DNA of 64,000 bases from Tubulanus polymorphus (lineage: Eukaryota > Animalia > Nemertea). The translations under genes were made by a program, and so were the position numbers. The first letter of the stretch is position 1. Every line of letters begins with the position of its first letter. The notes under the pieces are model-generated. The model saw nothing but the letters and a program-made list of their open reading frames with translations, did no database searches and was not told the DNA's origin. Below, piece after piece: positions 13,051 to 25,923 of this stretch. The stretch lies in contig NC_134026.1 in NCBI RefSeq assembly GCF_964204645.1, positions 14,604,150 through 14,668,149 of the forward strand. Direction: 5' to 3'.

Positions 13051-14299
13051 ACTGGATCCACAGTCAAATTAAACCCACATGTCTTTGCAACTGGGTATGG
13101 AGTCATAGATACAACTGTGAAACTGGATCCAGAAATTTGATTTCGCTATGGATGAATTTTGACCCCAGTTTCAACTGGCCATCACAACAATAGTTTGACT
13201 TATCTTATTGAAAAATACCGGAGTGTTAATGGGAAAACCTTGAATTCGAAACAATTCCACACTCAATCGTTTACTTTGAAAACACAATTTGCATTTTATG
13301 GACATGTATTTTTTTTGCACCAAAAGCATGAAGTATATTATCTTTGCTAGTAAAAATTTGAAATTTTGGGGAAGATTTTTGGCCTCGTTAACCTGTGAAC
13401 ACGTCCTTCATATATTTTCTAAGACCGACCCTCGAAATAATGCTGAGAGTTTCGAGGATAATTTTGGTAGGATGTAAACTTAGGCTGCTTCGTATCCGTG
13501 GAGGGTTGCTAATTATTGATTCTATACACAATAATCATAAGTACCATGAGATTCGATAGAATATCGTTTTTCAACCCTACGTACACGAATTATCGCGATA
13601 TAAAGATAAATAGTATGTTCATATACTTTTTACGTCTTATACTGTATATTTCTTTAGTAGTAGGCCTATAAATAAAGAGTGGATCAGCAGGCCACCTGAG
13701 ACCATTCCACGATCTAAGGTCAGTTGCCAAAAGTTAGTAAGTTTACCTGTGGATAGTTAACATTTATAATGACAATTAGATTTTCATTGCTAAAATCACT
13801 TTGTACTTATTGACTCAAAAGCAGAGAATTGAAAATACGATAATACGATACGAAAACTCATATCATATCATATCATATCATATCATATCATTTTATTTCC
13901 TGGTTTACATCAATATATAATGAATACAATTATAATTATAATAATATAGACATTATGATCTCGTTTATATACAATGAGGTAAAATAACAGCAGGGGAGCC
14001 ATAGATAAAGCTAAGCTTGTGAGTGTAGGTACCCTGGGACAACAAAAAAGGAGAAGATACACGCACATATGTACTCATACACACACGCACAGTCGCTCAC
14101 TCACTCACTCGCACGTACGCTCGCACGCACTCACACTCGCTCACTCAAGACACAAAATCAAGGCATACTACTGGCTACATAGTTAATATTTAATAATATT
14201 GGGGACATACATAATCGTAAATGTATATATAATGGATTTTAGGACGCTAATTGATAGATTTCGATCAAGCTTTTTTTGAGATTTCTAGTAAAGGAATGC

Positions 14300-16900
14300 A
14301 GACTTTTAGACTGTTTCAATTCTTGAGGTAATGAGTTCCAGAGTCTAGGGCCTTTAGATCTTAGCGAATAATAACGGAGATTTGTTCTAGAATGAGGGAT
14401 GACGAAGTTAATTCATTTCTGGAGTTCCTGTTATTACTCTAATGGCTTTCTTTTGTAATAGTATTAGGGAATTTAAATTTGTTGGCGTATTACTACCCCA
14501 TGTCATATTACAATAATGTAAGTGAGGATAAATTAGGGAATAATATAATTTCAATTGGATTGATTGAGGCACAAAATATGATAAACGTCGGATGATACCA
14601 ACACCCTGTGCTACTTTTCTTGCTACAGTCTGTATATGGTCTTTCCAGGTAAGATTTTCATCAATTTCAACTCCTAAGAATTTGGTACTACTAACTTTTT
14701 TCAGTGGCTTGTTGTCAATATATATATTGATGTTTGGGTGTTAAGATTCAATGAAAGTTTATTTGCCTGGAACCAAATATTTAAATTCCCTAATTCAAAA
14801 TTAACAGTTCTTTCTAAGATTTTATGATCTTTGTTAGAGGCAAACGCATTGGTATCATCTGCAAACATTATAGTATGAAAAATGGCTGAGGCATTCGGGC
14901 AATCATTTATGTATACAATAAACAAGAGGGGGCCCAATATGGATCCTTGTGGGATTCCGCATGATATTTTGAGTTGAGTTGATGTTTTTGTACCGTACTT
15001 AACACATTGGAAACGGTTAGAAAGATAGCTTTTAAACCAAAAATTTGCCAAGCCTCTGATACCATAGTGCTCCAGTTTTTCTAGCAATATTTCATGATCT
15101 ATGGTATCAAAGGCTTTGGATAAATCAAGGAATATGCCCACTATGGTTTCGCCATGGTCTAATTTATCAATTAAGGTATCGATTATCTTTGCTAAAGCAT
15201 ACGAAGTGGAGTGCTTTTCTCTGATTCCAAATTGGGAATCAGAGATTACATCATTTGAATCGAAAAAGGCTATAACACGGGAGTACATAATTTTCTCTAG
15301 GATTTTTGAAATACACGGTAATATCGAGATTTGGCGTTAGTTTGCAAAAATTTCTTTATCGCCGGTTTTGAAAATTGGACAAACCTGGGCAATCTTAAGA
15401 GCACTAGGGAAAACACCAGACACTAAGCTAAGGTTAAATATATACATCAAAGGTTTTGATATAAGATCGATAACACATTTTAGTACTCTCTGACTTATAT
15501 TATCTACTCCAGTACCATTCCTGGAATTGAAATTTTTTACAATATTTTCGATTTCAAGGATAGTCACTGGATTCAAAAATATCGTGGCTTCAACCCTGTT
15601 CTTTAAATATGACCTATAATCTTTATTACAGTATGGGATTTTAGCCGCCAGATTTGAGCCAATATTTGTAAAGAAATCATTAAATTTATTAGCAATCGTG
15701 AGTGGGTCGGTAATAATTTGGTCTCCGTATCTAAACTTATGAGGGAATTCTGATTTTTTATGTTTATTGAGTAAAGTATTTATTAATCCCCAGGTTTGTT
15801 TGAGGTCAATATTTTTAAACTGCTGTGCATAGTAACTCTTTTTAGATGCTCGTATACAATTATGCAGGTGTTTTCTATAGTTTTTAAAAGTTATTTTAGA
15901 GTCTGTCGTCCTTTTTTGCAGATACTCTTTATAAAGTTTCTCTTTACGTTTTAATGAAGTTAATAAGCCTTTTGTCATCCAAGGGTTTTGGAATGGAATT
16001 ATTGTAATGTTTATGGAATAAATGGAGAAAATTATTGTATACTAAATTTACATCTTGGTATTTGTACACATCTTCCCAATCTTCCGTCATCAGTAACCTT
16101 TTAAATGTTAGCATGTTATAATCGTTTATCTTTCTATAAGTGACATACCGAGGAGTTTTTTTCCTATTCGAGCATTTTAGATCTATAATAGAAAATATGG
16201 GCAAATGATCCGAGAGATCAGACATTAAGATACCTGATTCAATATTGTATTTTTCATAACAGTTTGTAACGATTAGATCCAGTAGGGTCACAGAATTATC
16301 CGTAATTCTTGTTGGCTTGTTAATAAGACCTAAATAGTAATTACAGCTCAATGTATCAGTGAATTTAGCTGTTTGAGTGTCGCGATCTTTATTCAATATG
16401 TTAATATTAAAGTCCCCCATTAGGAAAACCATTTGATGACAAGATATTTTGTCAAATAACTTTTGTAAATCGTCAATGAAATTGTTTATCTTTAGTTGAG
16501 GTGGTCTATAGAATAAACCAATGAGGAACTTTTCCTTAGAGTTTATAGTAATTTCAATGAATATATTCAACTGAATCAATGGTCGTTAAGATAAGATCGG
16601 CACGAGTTTCATAATATAGCGTGTCCTTAATATATAAAGCTATACCGCCGCCAAGTGAGCTTTCTCTACATTTAAATATATAGTTATATCCTGGAATAGG
16701 ATATAATAGTGAATTGTTATTTGAGGTTTTTGCCCAGGTTTCAGTAATACCGATGATATCAAATTTACAATTTATTGAATCTAGCGTCAGAACTAAGTTG
16801 TCAAAGTTTTTATTCATGCTTCTTAAATTTGTATGAAATAGACTTAAACTCTGGTTTGAGGGGTATTGAGCTATCTCAGAACTACCATAATACAAGCAGT
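14300..16900 (-). pseudogene. LINE ORF2 (apurinic endonuclease + reverse transcriptase), frameshifted
   Basis: IIGITETW, GGGIALYIK, MGDFNIN, SDLSDHLPIF, FLDLSKAFDTIDH, GIPQGSILGPLLF, MFADDTN across four ORF pieces. Confidence 0.92.
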
Positions 16901-17098
16901 CGTATTGTAGGTTGTCAGATTGCATGCAAAATAAATATAATACATATCGTCCCAATAGTAATCATAATAGTACAGAGTGATACATAGGATAATTCCATAA
17001 TCGTTTCGGCACCGTAAACAGCGCGCATCAAACCAAGGAAATGTATAACAAAACATACTAGATAATGTAAGGTTATGAGTCATGTAGCCGGCAATGCG

Positions 17099-18249
17099 CG
17101 GTGTTGTCATATCGCGGAAAGACGGAATCGCGGAATTTTCAAAAAACGCGGAATTTCTTCATTTTTGCTATAAACAGTAAACGGGTTTTCCCACGGGGAT
17201 ACCCACTGTCGGACAGGGCACCGGACCCAGGTTTTCAACACCGGGAATTAGTATTTGATAATTTATTTTATCGCCAGTCAACAACTTAACGATACTGTTC
17301 CAAATAATGGAGAACCTAGGCAATACATGCTTTGCGAATTCAGTGATACAGAGTATCGCTGCATTTACTAAAGGAATACAAATCGATGGTACGTAAACGT
17401 AGGATTTGTGAAGACACCATGGGTCATTCTCAAGGACTCACTTCCAAGTTCAGATTTGACTCTGGTCTCTGGATTTAAAACATTGGAAATGAATTGATTC
17501 TAAGTAACTCAGAGTTAACTCACAACTGTGGAACTGGATCGATGTCAGACGAAAATAAATAGACATTATGTATATTTCATTCTGGCTTAGGATTGTTCAT
17601 GCGTGTTGTGTGTCTACATTGTTGTTATAAGCGAAGAATGTTGTTTATCTTTTAGAATTAAATGATATGAAAGGTTATAAAATGGTTTCGTTTTTTTTTA
17701 ATGTTTACTTTGTGACTACTATAACATATATGTTCCTATGCTGATTATTTGGATCAAAAGAATCTTATTGGTACCGGTACTGGACGGCCGTAAAATTATA
17801 ATAATTTCAAAGGAATTTGAACCGGTACTTGTTTGGTCGTAGGATTTCATGTTTGCAACCATCTACAACTACGGTCCGACACCGCGAACGTGCTCAATAT
17901 TTATCTGATAATATTCGTTTCTGAAGTTCTCAAAAAGTCGATGAACTTCGATAACCGAAGTTTGCCTAGTAGAAATAGACATTAGGTGCCTGGTCTCTTT
18001 CACCTCACTTGATTCTGACTTCTCCTACAGGTGGCAGCCAGTCAACGGTATCGTAATACAATAATTCAATATAAAATTGCCTGCAAATAATGGGATTCGA
18101 ACCTAAGTAGTTGCATCGATCGGTCCGGTGCCCTGTCCGACAGTGGATATCCCCGTGGGAAAACCCGTTTACCATTTAAAGTAAAAATGAAGAAATTCCG
18201 CGTTTAGGAAAATTCCGCGATTCCGTCTTTCCGCGATATGACAACACCG
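17099..18249. mobile_element. Non-autonomous Mutator (MULE)-type element inserted between LINE ORF1 and ORF2
   Basis: ~128-bp TIRs (CGGTGTTGTCATATCGCGG...; 17099-17227 and 18122-18249) and a perfect 9-bp TSD GGCAATGCG (17090-17098, 18250-18258). Confidence 0.9.
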
Positions 18250-18432
18250 GGCAATGCGTGGTGATCGCAAAATAAACATTGAGCAAAGAAAAAAAAACAA
18301 ATTTAAAGACAGCTGTTTTCACAACTGTTCATAATTAATATTTAAGTAGTATAAGCGTTATTCGAGTTGAAAATAGTTAAGTTAATACGTATATATATAT
18401 ATATATATATATTAGACTATAAGTTTTAGATT

Positions 18433-19469
18433 TCATTGAGTGATTGGGATTTTTTTCCCATCCTTGTCAAGAGCAAAGATTTTTCCATTTATGGTCCACA
18501 TCGTTTGGTAACCTTCTTGTTTTTTTACATATAGCTAACAATGTCCGGTGAAAGATCTTCTTGTACAAAAAATGTTTTACCTTTTAGACGTTTTTTATTA
18601 AATAGTATTTTGTTGCGGATCTGGTGGTCTTTAAATCTTACAATTATCGGGTTAGGGTATAAGTTTCCATCGGCATCTTTATTTTGCTTCTTAGGTTTAA
18701 TTCTATGGCAAACATCGATGTCGTTGACTGATAGATCTTCCAGGATTTTATCCGGCATGTTTGATTTCAGTGTGTTAACGACGACTGTAGCACAATTCTC
18801 TTCGGGCGTTTCACTGATCCCAAACAGGCGTATATTATTTCGACGAGAGTATTGTTCATTTTCGACAGTCTTCCGTTTAATAGACAAAAGTTCCTTTTTT
18901 GTAGAATCAAGATTCCGTTTTTTTTCGTCATCCTTCAATTTGAGATTTTCAATTTCCTTTTTCAAAACTTCAATTTCGCGTTCTAAGTCGTACAGACGAC
19001 ATTCAAATCGTTCAAGGGTTTTCTCCACTCGTTGGTAGTGCGCATCAAGTTTTCTATCCATGACATCCTCTAGTGAGAGTTTGAATTTTTCGAGGCTTTC
19101 ATTTGTAACCATAGTCTTTTGCATAATCAAAAGAGTTTCTAGGATAGTTGGCGCATCCGATATATTAACTGAGGTATTTTTTGGCGGTTTATCAATGAAA
19201 GATACCGTTTTTGGATCGATTACAGCATCTGACGCGTTTTTTGGCTGTTCATCAGAGGATGATAGAGGGGCCTCTTTACGTTTTTTTGAGGCCTGTTTGG
19301 GCCTAACTGATTTATTATCATCCACGGGATAATTTTTAACATAAGTTACGTCGTCCACGTCAGTGGACTTTGAGTCCATAAACACCTCACTTTCAGTGGT
19401 TTGGTTTGCTAGATCATTTCTATGGTCAGTCATGGTTGAAGGTAATACGTCAGATATTTCAATATACAA
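18433..19469 (-). pseudogene. LINE ORF1 (coiled coil + RRM-type, L1/CR1 ORF1-like)
   Basis: Coiled coil then ENEQYSRRNNIRLFGISE, IDVCHRI, PIIVRF, FVQEDL; frameshifted tail WTINGKIFA. Confidence 0.85.
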
Positions 19470-20291
19470 CTTTACGCCGAGTAACTTTAATCCCTTAAAA
19501 GCGCAGGTTCACATAGAGTTCATATGTACGTTGAATTTTCAGGACTATCGTACATACGAATATACAATGACCTTGAACGTTTGGATATTTGATAATCCAC
19601 TTGTCACTTCCAGAGAACTTAAATGATTTATAGTCTAAGCAAAGAAAACTACGAGTTTTGTAGTTTTTGTAGTTACTGGAGAGATAAAGCCACGGATACA
19701 ACAATAACTTTCAACCGGAGTTTACAGTTTATAGTCTATAGTTTAAAATTGTGTTGCCACAATTTACGCTTAACTACTTGCAGGTTATGTTGTCAGAGTT
19801 TTAAGCTAAATTTCAAGCATACCAATAATTAGTTGCGAATATTCCTTTTAAAATCCTGATGTATTGATGATAATCCTATCACAGGCACAGATCTGACACA
19901 TTTCTAGTCATAAAAACAGCAAGAAACATTAATTAATTACGGAGCGCATTTTCGTGCAAACCACCCGTCGGCCATCTTGCCAATCGTACTATCAGTGTAC
20001 AAATTCAAAAAGATTATCTCTAGTGAGAGATCGAACGTTGTGTCGTAATTTTCTAATGATGAAACATGGTTTGAAATTTGAAATGTGTACATAGTTGATC
20101 TTTTTCAGTGTATTTAGTCATGTATCATATTGGATGATGGTTAATTTAAACTCTTAATCTTTTGAGAAACGGGTCCCAGAGCTGTATCCTTTACTCCTGT
20201 AATAGAGGATGCAATCTATTTGCGACAAACAGCTAGTGCAAATAGCTAGAAAAGGTAACAATAGTGCATTGGCAAACTTAGAGCAAGCGTA

Positions 20292-20443
20292 AGTAATAGG
20301 GATAATAGGGGTTCAGGCCAAAGGTTGAAGGGTCGAGCTCATAAAAAATAAAAAATAAATTCTCGCACACTCGAATTTATTTTTCATTTTTTACTCACTC
20401 GCCCCTTCGACCTTTAACCTGAACCCCTATTATCCCTATTACT
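20292..20443. repeat. 152-nt imperfect palindrome (hairpin) at the left edge of Maverick A
   Basis: AGTAATAGGGATAATAGGGGTTCAGG ... CCTGAACCCCTATTATCCCTATTACT; 26-bp perfect outer stem, ~71-bp ungapped stem overall. Confidence 0.95.
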
Positions 20444-20522
20444 CTTAAAATATTCATATATATGAATAACATAAAAATGAATAACTTCTAAAATCAATTC
20501 TAATAAAAAATTTAGTATTAAA

Positions 20523-23230
20523 ATGGAAGCAAATAAGAAGTACTACTGTTCAACATGTAAAATCAATATAGATAAATCTCAAGAAGCAAGACATAATAAA
20601 ACTAAATCTCACTTAGAAAATAAATTAAAGTTAAAATATAAAGATGATATATTAGAAACTAAATTAGATGAATTAAAGAATGAAAAAGAAACATATAAAT
20701 ATTATACATGTAATAAATCATTCAGTGATAAAAGATATTATAAAGAACATTTGAAATCTAAAAGTCATATTAGAAATAAGAATAATGATATTTTAGGTGA
20801 GGATTATTTTGATAAAGATAATGATAAGAAACAGAAGACAATTAAAAGAATAAAAAATAAATTAAACAATAAAAGACCATACATGGAAGATGTAAGAAAT
20901 TATATTTTTCATTAGATAATAAAAAGGAAATAGAGATAACCGAAGCATTTAAAAGTGATATTGGTCCAGCAGCTATCGAGTTTAAATTTCATAAAGGAAA
21001 AACATTAGAAGAAAATAAAAAACATTTAAAAAATATGAAAAATATTATAAGAATAATTACTGATGTTGAATACCCTAAAATTAGCATATCTTCTAAAGTT
21101 AAGTTTATAAAATCTGAAGATAAACCAATATATAATATAAATTCCCATTCACAACATATTATTTCAAAACAACATATAGATGAAAAATTAGATAAATGTT
21201 ATAATAAAGTAAAGACTAAAATAGAAGAGAAATATTTTGAAGGATCAGGTTTAATATTCGATGAAATAATATGTATGACTTTACATGTTTATAACACAAA
21301 ATATAATAAGTTAACTAAATCAAAACCAATTGATGAAAATAATTCATCATATTATAAAGATGATAATATAAATGGGTCAAATTATATTATTAAACTACCA
21401 TTTAGTTGATGATGAATTAAGAATATTAAAGCAACACTATCCAAATAATGATGATTTTCAATTAATGAGATATAAAGGCGCAATTCCATATTCATTTTAT
21501 AAATCACATAATGATTTCAATATAACTGAATTATTAAAAGAACAATTTTATGGTGAATTAAAAAATGAATATGTTAAAGATGAAGTATATGATAGAACAT
21601 TGCATATTTGGAATCATTTTAAAATAATAAATCATGGACAATTAGTAGATTTATATTTAAAATCAGATGTATTATTATTATCGGATATATTTGAAAGGTT
21701 TAGAGATGTAAATCTAAAATATTTTAATATTGATCCTTGCCATTGTTATTCATAGCCAGGATTAACTTGGGATTGTGGTTTAAAATTTAAAGATATAAAA
21801 ATGGATTTGTTAACAAATATAGATCAATTATTATTATTTGAAAAATCTATAAGAGGAGGAGTTTCAGGTGTATTAGGCGATAGATATTTCAATGTAAATG
21901 ATAATCCTGGATATAAGTTATTATATATAGATGCAAATAATCTTTATGAATGGGCAATGATGGAACCACAACCTTATGGAGTATTTGAAATAAGTGAAGT
22001 TTTACAACATGAAAATAATGATAGATTTGATTGGAAGAAAAGAATTCTAGATATTGCAGATGATTCAGATACTGGTTACTTTTTTGTTGTAGACTTGGAA
22101 TACCCTGAACATATTAAATTTAAATCTAGAAATCTAGCATACTGTCCAGAACATAAAACTGTTACACATGAAGAATTATCAAATTATCAAAAAAGATTTA
22201 AACCTGAAAATCATATTCCTACAGAAAAATTAATGGTAACTCAGGAAGATAAATATAATTATGTAGTACATTATAGAATGTTGAAGTTTTATCTAAAACA
22301 AGAAATTATTCTAAAAAAGTACATAGATATATTTCATTTAGTCAATCTAAATGGTTAGAAAAATATATAGATTTTAACACCAAACAGAGAACTAAAGCTA
22401 AAACTGATTTCGAAAAAAATTTCAAACTAATGAATAATGCATTCTATGGTAAGACTTGTGAAAATATTAGAAATAGAAATGATATTGAGTTAGTTAGCAA
22501 TGGTAAAAGAATTAGACATTTACAAACATATCCTACGTTCATAGGTAACCGAATATTTGATGAAAATTTAGCTGCAGTTAAAATGAGGAGAACTTCTATG
22601 AAATTTAATAAACCCATTTATGTTGGTCCTTCAGTTTTAGAAATATCAAAGTTATTAATGTATGAATTCTATTATAATGTATTACAACCTCATTTTGGAG
22701 AAAAGCATATAGAAATCTTATATTTTGATACAGATTCTTACATATTTAAGATAAAAACTAATAACATAAAAGATGATTTAAAAACTTCAAAACATCATTT
22801 TGATTTCAGTAACTATCCAAAAGGTCATGAATTGTTTAGCAATGATAATAAAAAGGTGCCCGGTAAATTCAAAGATGAATTAGGTGGTGAAGAAATGATT
22901 GAATTCATTGGTATTAGATCTAAAATGTATAGTTATAAAACTAAAACTCATGAATCTAAAAAGTTGAAAGGAATTACCAAAAGTGTAGTAGAAAAGAATA
23001 TTCATTTCAAAGATTACATCAATTGTATATTCAATGAAGAAGTTAGAAAACATAAGATGAGATGTTTAAGATCTGAAGATCATGAAATGTTTATTGAAGA
23101 GATAGAGAAGATAAGTCTAAACCCATTTGATGATAAAATATATATTTTAGATGATGGTATACACACAGTTGCATATGGTTGTAATTTAGATGAATACTTA
23201 AGATTTAAAAGAGAAGAAACAAAAAAGTAG
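20523..23230 (+). pseudogene. Protein-primed family B DNA polymerase with N-terminal C2H2 zinc fingers; frameshifted, exonuclease region deleted
   Basis: LYLKSDVLLLSDIFERFR, SIRGGVS, YIDANNLY..AM, KLMNNAFYGKT.EN, YFDTDS, PGKFKDE, RSKMYS, KGI. Confidence 0.93.
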
Positions 23231-23320
23231 GAAATAATGAACAGGATTATAACGTGTTAATCAAATTTTAATAAAAATATGTATTATAAATGGAGAGTAA
23301 ACAAGCACACAGTGACTCCA

Positions 23321-23430
23321 TGTCTTTATTATCTTTAGTACTTTTAGTACATAAAGAATAAATCTTTATATTATAAGTAGTGAATACAATTATTTTTAAA
23401 ACTACTAAACTACTAAAGATAATAAAGACA
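23321..23430. repeat. Inverted repeat (20-bp perfect arms) downstream of pPolB
   Basis: TGTCTTTATTATCTTTAGTA (23321-23340) and TACTAAAGATAATAAAGACA (23411-23430). Confidence 0.9.
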
Positions 23431-23574
23431 CAGATTTATCATTGCTGAAACAGTAATATATAATAAATCTGTGAGATAAACAAATATTACTGAATAAAAT
23501 ATATATAATAAATCTGTGGAATAAGAAAAATAATATTATTGAAAAAGTAATATATAAAATCTATCAGATGAATA

Positions 23575-23739
23575 GAATATGAAAGATTAAATGGAAATAC
23601 ATATAAATTCAGAACATATTTACCAGATTGATTTCATAGATTATCAAGTGAAGATTTAGAAGAATTATGTTCTGGAGATTTCTATTTCATATACAAAGGT
23701 AAGAATGAAAAAGGGCACCATGAAATAGATTTCGAATAA
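23575..23739 (+). pseudogene. Remnant homolog of the 108-aa MGDRK protein
   Basis: Reads FRTYLPD*FHRLSSEDLEEL...FIYKGKNEKGHHEIDFE*, matching LKVFLPDKWASLSTKELKDL..IIYHGKNEDGHHDLEIVD. Confidence 0.7.
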
Positions 23740-23753
23740 AATATGTAAAATAA

Positions 23754-24516
23754 ATGGTAGAATTAAAAGAATATAGAATATTTGTTGATTCTAGAAGACT
23801 TACAAATTATAAATCACATAATTTACTAGTACAATTAGATAGGGAATTTAAGAATTGTGTTGATTTAAAATTAGTTAATATAAGTTTATGTAATTCTTTT
23901 TACAATATATCGAATAAAACTATTGAACATAGAGCCTTTTTAATTGTTAATAAAAATAAAAATGAATGGGCCTATATATATTTAAAACCGGGGTTATATA
24001 ATTTAGATACATTTGCACAAGAAATTAATAGAAAAGCCTGGCACAAGTCAGGTAATCATACCGGGTTTAATATTAGATTTTTAAAAAGTGAGAGTTCTAA
24101 CAAAATAAAGATAAGGTTGGCTGATATTGAAAAACATAAATTTATGGTAAAGAAACCTATAGCTAAACTGTTAGGAATTCCTCCAGATAAATCTTTTATT
24201 ATTAAATATTGAAGCTACACCAAACTTAATACCTTTTACACACTTTTATATTTATTGCAATTTAATCGATCCTACAAAAACATTCGAAGCAACTAAAGGT
24301 ATAACTTGTAATTCTAGTATATTAAATATTTTACCATTGAAGAATGTTAAAGAATTTGGAACGCAAATAAATTATAATTTAACAGAATGTGATTTCAAAC
24401 CATGCATTCCTCAATTTAATAATTTTAGATTAGAAATTAGAAATCATAATGGATATTTAATTGATTTGAATAACTTTCCTGTGATATATGAATTAGTTAT
24501 AAGATGTAGAGAGTAA
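23754..24516 (+). pseudogene. Putative minor capsid protein (penton, single jelly roll); one frameshift near 24210
   Basis: N-term IFVDSR..HNLLVQLD..LVNISLCNSFYNI, LKPGLYN; shifted C-term FYIYCNLID..ILNILP..FRLEIRNHNGYLIDLNNFPVIYELVI, a typical penton pattern. Confidence 0.65.
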
Positions 24517-24533
24517 TTTTTTTCACTATATAA

Positions 24534-24875
24534 ATGAATATAACTGTTGGACCGAGCATATGTTTTGGGTTTGATTTTAAACATGGTAAAGAAATGAGCA
24601 TTAAACTTAATGATGTAATTATTGATATTAAACGTAAATCATTTAACAATGCATCAATGATTAATAAAGAAAATTATAATATAGAAAAAGTAATTGATTT
24701 AATTAAAACACCTTTAGAATATTATGAATTAAATGAAGGTGGAATTATTGATGATATTAGAGATATATTATCTAGAATATATGATAATCATAAAAGTAGT
24801 AATGAAATAAATGTTGAAATAATTATCACTAAGATAACTAAATATTTTGAAGATAGTAATTTTTTTGATAAATAA
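24534..24875 (+). CDS. Maverick hypothetical protein (113 aa)
   Basis: Intact ORF preceded by T7-CACTATA-TAAATG. Confidence 0.6.
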   Translation: MNITVGPSICFGFDFKHGKEMSIKLNDVIIDIKRKSFNNASMINKENYNIEKVIDLIKTPLEYYELNEGGIIDDIRDILSRIYDNHKSSNEINVEIIITKITKYFEDSNFFDK

Positions 24876-25076
24876 ATGAGTGATAATAAGTGGATAATAA
24901 CTGGATTATATAATGGCGCCATACTATCAATTGGAACTGTTGGTTATTCAATGGTATTAATAAAAGTATTTAAAATGGGAAGTGTTAATGTTGATAGATT
25001 TGATATAAATGATATTTTAAAATTAACATTAGCAGTTACTTTATCTAATTTAACTATTGATTATTTGGAAAAATAA
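24876..25076 (+). CDS. Small hydrophobic Maverick protein (probably slightly truncated)
   Basis: Starts at the TAA|ATG junction; hydrophobic segments GAILSIGTVGYSMVLI and ILKLTLAVTLS. Confidence 0.55.
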   Translation: MSDNKWIITGLYNGAILSIGTVGYSMVLIKVFKMGSVNVDRFDINDILKLTLAVTLSNLTIDYLEK

Positions 25077-25124
25077 AAAATATATTCCTCCTATATAAGA
25101 AGTGCATATTTTTTTACTAAATAA

Positions 25125-25480
25125 ATGGCTTCTGCAATTATAACTATTATAGGATCGGCAATTGTTAACGCTTTAGCATTAACTGGTGGTGGTTATTTAT
25201 TTAAGCATATTGATAAAAATGGATCAGTATCAGAACAAAAAAGACATAACTTAGCATTAGAGAAATGCAATAAAGCTGCAGAAGAATATAGAGAAAAGAG
25301 ACAAAATTACATGGATTATATTTACAAGGAATTATATGATCAGAAGATTTCACAAAGAAAAATTAAATCTATAAAAAACTAAATTATTATACCCCAAGTA
25401 AAGAACAACAGAAATATGAAATAATTTGGATTTTAGGTGGAACTGTTATTGTTATATTTGTAGCGTATAAATTTACTAAT
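25125..25480 (+). pseudogene. Maverick membrane protein (MASA...VNALALTGGGYLF...EQKRHNLALEK) with C-terminal TM in a shifted frame
   Basis: ORF 25125-25382 plus downstream IIWILGGTVIVIFVAYKF; the same tail appears at 41888-41925 in copy C. Confidence 0.6.
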
Positions 25481-25503
25481 TAATAATTTTTTTTGCTAAA
25501 TAA

Positions 25504-25923
25504 ATGGATGATAAAGTTGATAATATTGATATTATTCCTCTCGATATAAATAAATCTAAATTAAAAACATATTTAGAAAAACAAATATTAGAATTTGAAA
25601 GTGACTTAAAGATAAAAAAGAAAAAATATTTAAAAAGTAAAATTATATATTATTTTATTATCAGTGGTTCAGTTACAATTAGTTCTGTAATAACACTTCT
25701 AGCAATATTCAGTCCATTAACACCTTTAGCTATATCACTTGGTGTGCTAGGATTATCATCAAGTGTTTTAACTGGTATAAGTTCAAAATTAAATATAAAA
25801 TGTAATAAAGAAAAAATTAAAACTAATATAAAAGAAATTAATAAATTAAAAAATACACTAGATTATATAATAAGTTTAAATGGTAATATTACAGTTGAAG
25901 AACAAGATAAATTATTAAAATGA
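25504..25923 (+). CDS. Two-TM coiled-coil Maverick protein (139 aa)
   Basis: Two hydrophobic helices between Lys-rich coiled coils; near-identical to 41947-42372. Confidence 0.75.
   Translation: MDDKVDNIDIIPLDINKSKLKTYLEKQILEFESDLKIKKKKYLKSKIIYYFIISGSVTISSVITLLAIFSPLTPLAISLGVLGLSSSVLTGISSKLNIKCNKEKIKTNIKEINKLKNTLDYIISLNGNITVEEQDKLLK

Larger units (their letters stand above)
13857..19980 (-). mobile_element. Near full-length degenerate L2/CR1-group LINE (ORF1 + APE-RT ORF2, 3' (ATATG)n tail)
   Basis: ORF1 at 18.4-19.5 kb and ORF2 pieces at 14.3-16.9 kb; (TATCA)n array at 13857-13890 next to TTTTATT marks the 3' end; 5' boundary approximate. Confidence 0.8.

Noticed and set aside
18088-18110. 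tRNA gene (GGGATTCGAACC B-box-like)
   Set aside because: No cloverleaf or A box; at most a SINE relic inside the MULE.
18541-19332. Antisense ORFs over LINE ORF1, and similar shadow ORFs over the viral coiled-coil genes
   Set aside because: Opposite-strand shadows of real coding frames, with no independent motifs.
24873-24878. TAAATG as stop-start translational coupling only
   Set aside because: True at two junctions (24875/24876 and 35923/35922), but most TAAATG starts are separate from the upstream stop and have a spaced T-run.
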